Source: Candidatus Woesearchaeota archaeon
GTDB taxonomy: Archaea; Nanobdellota; Nanobdellia; Pacearchaeales; GW2011-AR1
DNA: 64,000 bases
Reading direction: 5' to 3'
Assembly: GCA_964514585.1 (NCBI GenBank)
Contig: CAZETU010000003.1
Location: forward strand, 80,813 to 144,812
In this document: piece after piece, positions 59,551-64,000 of the stretch
Numbering within the stretch: the first letter of the stretch is position 1
Layout: each line of letters opens with the position of its first letter
Notes under the pieces: generated by a model
Database searches by the model: none
The model's input: only the letters and a program-made list of their open reading frames with translations
Told to the model about the DNA's origin: nothing
Made by a program: the position numbers and the translations under genes

Positions 59551-59774
59551 ATACTGAACGAGTAACCATTATTTATATTGAGATGTTACCTTTTGAGTTA
59601 CCATAATGTTTAAAAGGCGTATTTGTCAGATAGTTAAAATAAACAAAGGAAACTTTTTGCATGTCATAAGTATCGCATTGGGTGCATTAGTCGCCCCGAG
59701 TTGACCAAGTAAGTATTAAAAGGTTAAAAAACTCTTAATCATTAACTCCTGAGTTTAGAGACGATAGAAAAAAT

Positions 59775-60272
59775 ATGGATAAAGAAAATAAAAATCAGTC
59801 TTTGAAAATAGTTCTTCTAATTGTATTAATGCTTATCCTTTCTATGAATTTTATTGATGCATCTATTGATGATGAGGTTTATGAAACTTTAATAAATAAT
59901 ACTGGAGAATTTTATTTGGACAATGCAGAAGAAGATTGTCAAATGGTTGGTGCTTCTTGGGAGTATATTTCTCCAGAAAATGAAGAATCAAGATATGAAT
60001 GTGTTTGTAGTGAATATATAGATGGAAAACAAACCATGGAATGGAACGGAACTAATTGTTTTCCCATAACTAGTGAATCAAAATGTAAAAATACTGGGGG
60101 AGTCTTAGTCAATCGTGAATGTATGTGTGAAGATGGTGAATGGATAGAAGATATTGGGTGCCAGACTATAGAACATAAAAGCAATTTATTAAATATTTTC
60201 CTAATAATTTTTGGGAGCCTAATAATTCTCTTTTTAATTTTAATTATTTTTGGGAGAAACCGTAAAAAATGA
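59775..60272 (+). CDS. Secreted Cys-rich membrane-anchored protein
   Basis: Signal peptide; CxxxGxxW..CxC repeats; C-terminal TM plus RNRKK. Confidence 0.75.
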   Translation: MDKENKNQSLKIVLLIVLMLILSMNFIDASIDDEVYETLINNTGEFYLDNAEEDCQMVGASWEYISPENEESRYECVCSEYIDGKQTMEWNGTNCFPITSESKCKNTGGVLVNRECMCEDGEWIEDIGCQTIEHKSNLLNIFLIIFGSLIILFLILIIFGRNRKK

Positions 60273-63200
60273 GAAAAAAATTTATTATTATAGCTGTTTT
60301 GGTATTATTTTTAATTAATTTTTCCTTAATTAATGCTATTCAGGAACCAAATAATGTTGATATCAAAACTAATTCTCTTATCGATTCGTCTTCTTCAGAT
60401 TTATTTAATAAAAATTGTTATTCTCTTTCAAACAACCCTATTAAAGATATAAAAGATTTAGATGATCTTTTGAATCTTTATTTATCCGATAATGAAAAGG
60501 AAAATTATTCTAAAATTTTAGAATCAGAAGTATACCCCCTATTTAATAATAAACAAATTTGTAATGTTTCGTTATATCTTGAGATAATAAACGAAAAATT
60601 AGGGCTGGGTATCGATAAAGAAATTATAGAAGAAACTTCAAGATTTATTAAAGAGGAACTCGAAGACAATAGAAAATGTGAACTTAATGGGCTTGATAAC
60701 TTAGAAGAACCAAATATAAAAGAATTACTTGATGCTAATGAAAAGATAGATAAGAGTAGTAGTAAAATAAAATTTTCTTCTATTGACAGTGCTTCTTCAG
60801 CCCTCATAATGGATACTGCAGATTCCCTTACTGGAGATACTTATGTGGTTCTTATTTTTGTAGATGACCCTGATAATAATTGGGATTCTGGAGACATAAG
60901 TTATGCCCTGAATATGGTGGGTGAAACAAAAAATTGGATGGAAGATGAATCCCCGTTACAGGCAAATGTTAATATAAATTATGGATATTATACTTCTTCA
61001 ATATCAACAGATCCTAATGAATGTAATGATGTATATGATTGTCAATGCAAGGATTGGATGAATGAAGCTATTGCAAATTTAGGACTTTCGGATTCTAATA
61101 ATAATGGATATATTATTGATGAACTGAATAATCATATTTTAGAGTTGAATAATGTAGATAATGTTTATCCTATTTTTATGGTAAAAAATAAAGGTTTATT
61201 TGGGGTTGACTCTTCGTATTCTTGTTCTGGCGAATGGATACCCAGAATTGCATTATTTTATTATGAATCTTGCATATTGGGTATTTGTAATAAACATGAA
61301 TCTGATGTTTATATTCATGAATCTTTACATGCTTTTAGTGCTGACGATGAATATATGGGTCCTTGGACTTGTGATTCTTCAGCTGATTGTACAAGGGAAG
61401 TTCGTTGGGGCTATCCTAATGGAAATTGTGGTTATTGTTCAGGAACTCAAGATTCAATTATGAAATGTTGTAGCTCTGATACTTCTCTGTGGGCATCATC
61501 ATATACCAAAGGACAAATTGGTTGGGGGGATCATGACGGGGATTTGAACGTAGACCCATTAGATAATTGTATGTATGTCCATAACCCTTCACAAATAAAT
61601 ACTGATGGGGATGTTTTTGGAAATGCTTGTGATTCAGATGATGATAATGATGGGATTAAAGATAATGTGGATAATTGCCCAATTAATTCAAATCCATTAC
61701 AAGAAAATAATGATGGAGATTCTTATGGAGATATTTGTGATTCAGATGATGATAATGATGGAGTATCGGATATTAATGATAATTGCCCAGATACACCTGG
61801 CTTGTTAGAGTACAGTGGATGTCCAGATACCTTTCCTCCAGAAATAGCAATCCTTTCACCATTAGATTTTTCTTGGCATAATTCTAACAATATCTTTACA
61901 AATGTTTATGCAGGAGAAACTGCAAAGTGGATAAAAAATTCTTTAGATAATGAAGGTCCTAAACTAAAATGTAATAATTGTAGTGCTGTAGCATATAATT
62001 TATCTGACTTAGGGGAAGGAATCCATACTTTTACCACTTATGCTTCAGATTATTCAGATAATATTGGAACTGAAACCATAAAATTTTATGTTGATATAAC
62101 TAGGCCTGTTATTCATAGCCAATCTCCAGAAGATGGAAGCATTATCCTTCCGAACATAACTGATTTTAAGGTGAATTATACCGAGGAGAATCTTAAAGAC
62201 ATTTCTTTAAATTTATATGTAATTGACGATAAGCCCGAAGTTGAATTGTTTGTGATGAGTCATTGCCCCTATGGAGCTCAAGCTGAGAAGGGGATTATCC
62301 CAGTGTTTGAATTATTAGATGATAAGATTAATAGTGAAATAAGATTTACTCATTTTTTTATGCATGGGGAAGAGGAACTAGAAGAAAATTATAGACAGAT
62401 CTGTATAAGGGAGAGAAAGCCAGATGAATATTTAGATTATTTGAAATGCTTTTTAGAGTATGGAGATTCTGATAAATGTTTAATTGAGATGGGCATTAAT
62501 GAAACCATAAATGGTTGCTTGTTAAATAAGGACTACATGTGGACTTCGGATTATGACTCTGAGTTAAGTGAAGTATTTGGAGTTGAGGAGAGTCCCACCC
62601 TTGTTATAAATGGCGAGATAGTTAACAGTGGGCGAGATTCTGCAAGTTATTTGAAGACAATATGTTCGACATTTGACGAGGCACCTGAAGAATGTAAAGA
62701 GAATTTAAGTTCTGAAACCCCTACTCCTGGATTTGGGAATTCTAATATTATTACATCTAATGCGGAAATTATAGTCCCTATTCCAAGTAGTGGCGGAGGT
62801 TCTAGCGAAGAAGGTTCTAGTATTCCGATTCCAAGTAGTGGCGGTTCTTCTGGTGGCGGAGGATCTAATATTGGGGTTCCTAGTGGTGGTAGTAGTCCTA
62901 GCGGCGGGATAGTGAATAATAAAACGCTAAGAAGAATTTTGCATAAATCTTCATGCCCATTTGGAATAAATCAAGAATGTTCTTTTGAAATTAATTTAAG
63001 CGATTATACAGATAAAAAAATAAAATATTGGTTCAGTCTGGAAGATATAGCAGAATCTGTAACTTATGGGAATATATCAAATTTAGAAGTTAAAGCACAA
63101 ATTGCCTCAAATTTAACAAAGCATATATGGAACAATACAATACAACTTAAAGACAATGAAGGAATAATTATAGAGTTTGATGCCACTAATGATTCTACAG

Positions 63201-63910
63201 ATTTAACAAATTTATTCGTAGAAAAACAATCGAATGAAAGTGATTATTCTTACATGTTGATTTCGGGTTTAAATTTAACATCTCAAAACAAAACAAAAAC
63301 GGTTTATCTCGATAGAATTATGAATGGGACTGGAATTTGCATTAGGGATGAGGAAATTTTGAATATTAGTGAAATTAGTTCTAGCTGTACTGGAACAAAT
63401 GAATATTGGTTAACTTGTCCAGGAAGTTTTGAGAGCTATAATTGTAGTTTAGTTGAAAATGATACGAGATATAAAATTTCGGGATTGAGCCATTCAGGGA
63501 TTAGAGAGCAAAAGACCTATTGTGGGGATGGAATTCCTAATGGTGGGGAAACTTGCTCTTCTTGTCCTGCTGATGTTGGTGTTTGCCTTATAGATCCTCC
63601 TGCTGGTGGTGGAGGAGGCGGAAGCGGAGCTCCAGCGGTCGTAGTAAACGAAACTAATAATGAAACTAATGAAACTGTTATAGATTATGACGTAGAAACT
63701 TTCGATGAGAGTGTAAACCAAACTGACATCGGGGAGGAAGAGCCAAGAAGCTTTTTTAGCTTTATGACAGGGGCTGTTATCGGTGGAGGTTCTGGAAGCT
63801 GGTGGGTTATTATAGTTGTGGTAGTTATTTTAGTGGGCGCAGGATTTGTTAGGCATAAGAAAAAATATTTCAAAAAAGGTAGTAAGAGAAACCCAGTAAA
63901 AATTAATTAA
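60269..63910 (+). CDS. Multidomain surface protein: HExxH metallopeptidase, thrombospondin type-3 repeats, thioredoxin-like domain, C-terminal TM
   Basis: IHESLHAF..DDEY; DGDxxGxACDSDDDNDG..DNCP repeats; VELFVMSHCPYG; CGDG..GETCSSCP; TM plus basic tail. Confidence 0.82.
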   Translation: MRKKFIIIAVLVLFLINFSLINAIQEPNNVDIKTNSLIDSSSSDLFNKNCYSLSNNPIKDIKDLDDLLNLYLSDNEKENYSKILESEVYPLFNNKQICNVSLYLEIINEKLGLGIDKEIIEETSRFIKEELEDNRKCELNGLDNLEEPNIKELLDANEKIDKSSSKIKFSSIDSASSALIMDTADSLTGDTYVVLIFVDDPDNNWDSGDISYALNMVGETKNWMEDESPLQANVNINYGYYTSSISTDPNECNDVYDCQCKDWMNEAIANLGLSDSNNNGYIIDELNNHILELNNVDNVYPIFMVKNKGLFGVDSSYSCSGEWIPRIALFYYESCILGICNKHESDVYIHESLHAFSADDEYMGPWTCDSSADCTREVRWGYPNGNCGYCSGTQDSIMKCCSSDTSLWASSYTKGQIGWGDHDGDLNVDPLDNCMYVHNPSQINTDGDVFGNACDSDDDNDGIKDNVDNCPINSNPLQENNDGDSYGDICDSDDDNDGVSDINDNCPDTPGLLEYSGCPDTFPPEIAILSPLDFSWHNSNNIFTNVYAGETAKWIKNSLDNEGPKLKCNNCSAVAYNLSDLGEGIHTFTTYASDYSDNIGTETIKFYVDITRPVIHSQSPEDGSIILPNITDFKVNYTEENLKDISLNLYVIDDKPEVELFVMSHCPYGAQAEKGIIPVFELLDDKINSEIRFTHFFMHGEEELEENYRQICIRERKPDEYLDYLKCFLEYGDSDKCLIEMGINETINGCLLNKDYMWTSDYDSELSEVFGVEESPTLVINGEIVNSGRDSASYLKTICSTFDEAPEECKENLSSETPTPGFGNSNIITSNAEIIVPIPSSGGGSSEEGSSIPIPSSGGSSGGGGSNIGVPSGGSSPSGGIVNNKTLRRILHKSSCPFGINQECSFEINLSDYTDKKIKYWFSLEDIAESVTYGNISNLEVKAQIASNLTKHIWNNTIQLKDNEGIIIEFDATNDSTDLTNLFVEKQSNESDYSYMLISGLNLTSQNKTKTVYLDRIMNGTGICIRDEEILNISEISSSCTGTNEYWLTCPGSFESYNCSLVENDTRYKISGLSHSGIREQKTYCGDGIPNGGETCSSCPADVGVCLIDPPAGGGGGGSGAPAVVVNETNNETNETVIDYDVETFDESVNQTDIGEEEPRSFFSFMTGAVIGGGSGSWWVIIVVVVILVGAGFVRHKKKYFKKGSKRNPVKIN

Positions 63911-64000
63911 TCCTCTTACATTTATCAGGCACTCTCCCCAGATGAACCTTTCCACAGAATTTACAAATTGCCTTAGGGTCATTCAATCTCTTCATCATTC
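63903..64000 (-). CDS. 3' end of a second small serine recombinase paralogue (runs off the window)
   Basis: KRLNDPKAICKFCGKVHLGRVPDKC vs KRLNDPKAICKVCGKVHLGRVPNKC at ~58630-58710. Confidence 0.75.
   Translation of the reverse strand, partial: MMKRLNDPKAICKFCGKVHLGRVPDKCKRIN

Overview
AT-rich prokaryotic DNA, most likely from a DPANN-type archaeon (Pacearchaeota/Woesearchaeota-like). This is inferred from BRE/TATA-type promoters about 30 nt before start codons, Lrp/AsnC and HEPN-MNT genes, a KKGQ class-III-like signal peptide and large sequon-rich surface proteins; it was not tested by database search. Bases 1-13.4 kb are mostly housekeeping: an ADP-forming acyl-CoA synthetase-GNAT fusion, a frameshifted HAD phosphatase, divergent pyrE-pyrF and pyrC-pyrD-pyrK fusions, an arsF-arsG-arsE-like cluster, a J-domain protein and grpE-dnaK-dnaJ. 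Bases 13.4-64 kb are an accessory/defence hotspot. It holds NYN, RelE/AbrB, a CapRel-like alarmone synthetase, MNT-HEPN, an ApeA-like HEPN, two tyrosine integrases and a minimal pilin/VirB6/PrgI-VirB4-nuclease secretion module. It also holds a helicase-nuclease with m5C and m6A methylases, two DUF2779 paralogues, GmrSD, type I RM, an AlbA/Schlafen-like protein, serine recombinase remnants and surface proteins. The most striking unexplained structure is a directly oriented intergenic core, (C)GCCCCAACCG, found at 8 sites (7506, 13412, 14097, 15001, 15904, 19117, 25394, 44892), plus a partial copy at 22219. It cuts the region into 1-2 gene modules and lies beside both integrases. Most copies head a ~120-bp element carrying a leftward BRE/TATA promoter. 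Together this suggests an integron-like or tandem-island cassette array built on a tRNA-3'-end-like att core. No intact tRNA, rRNA or CRISPR array was found. All family assignments come from motif recognition by eye.
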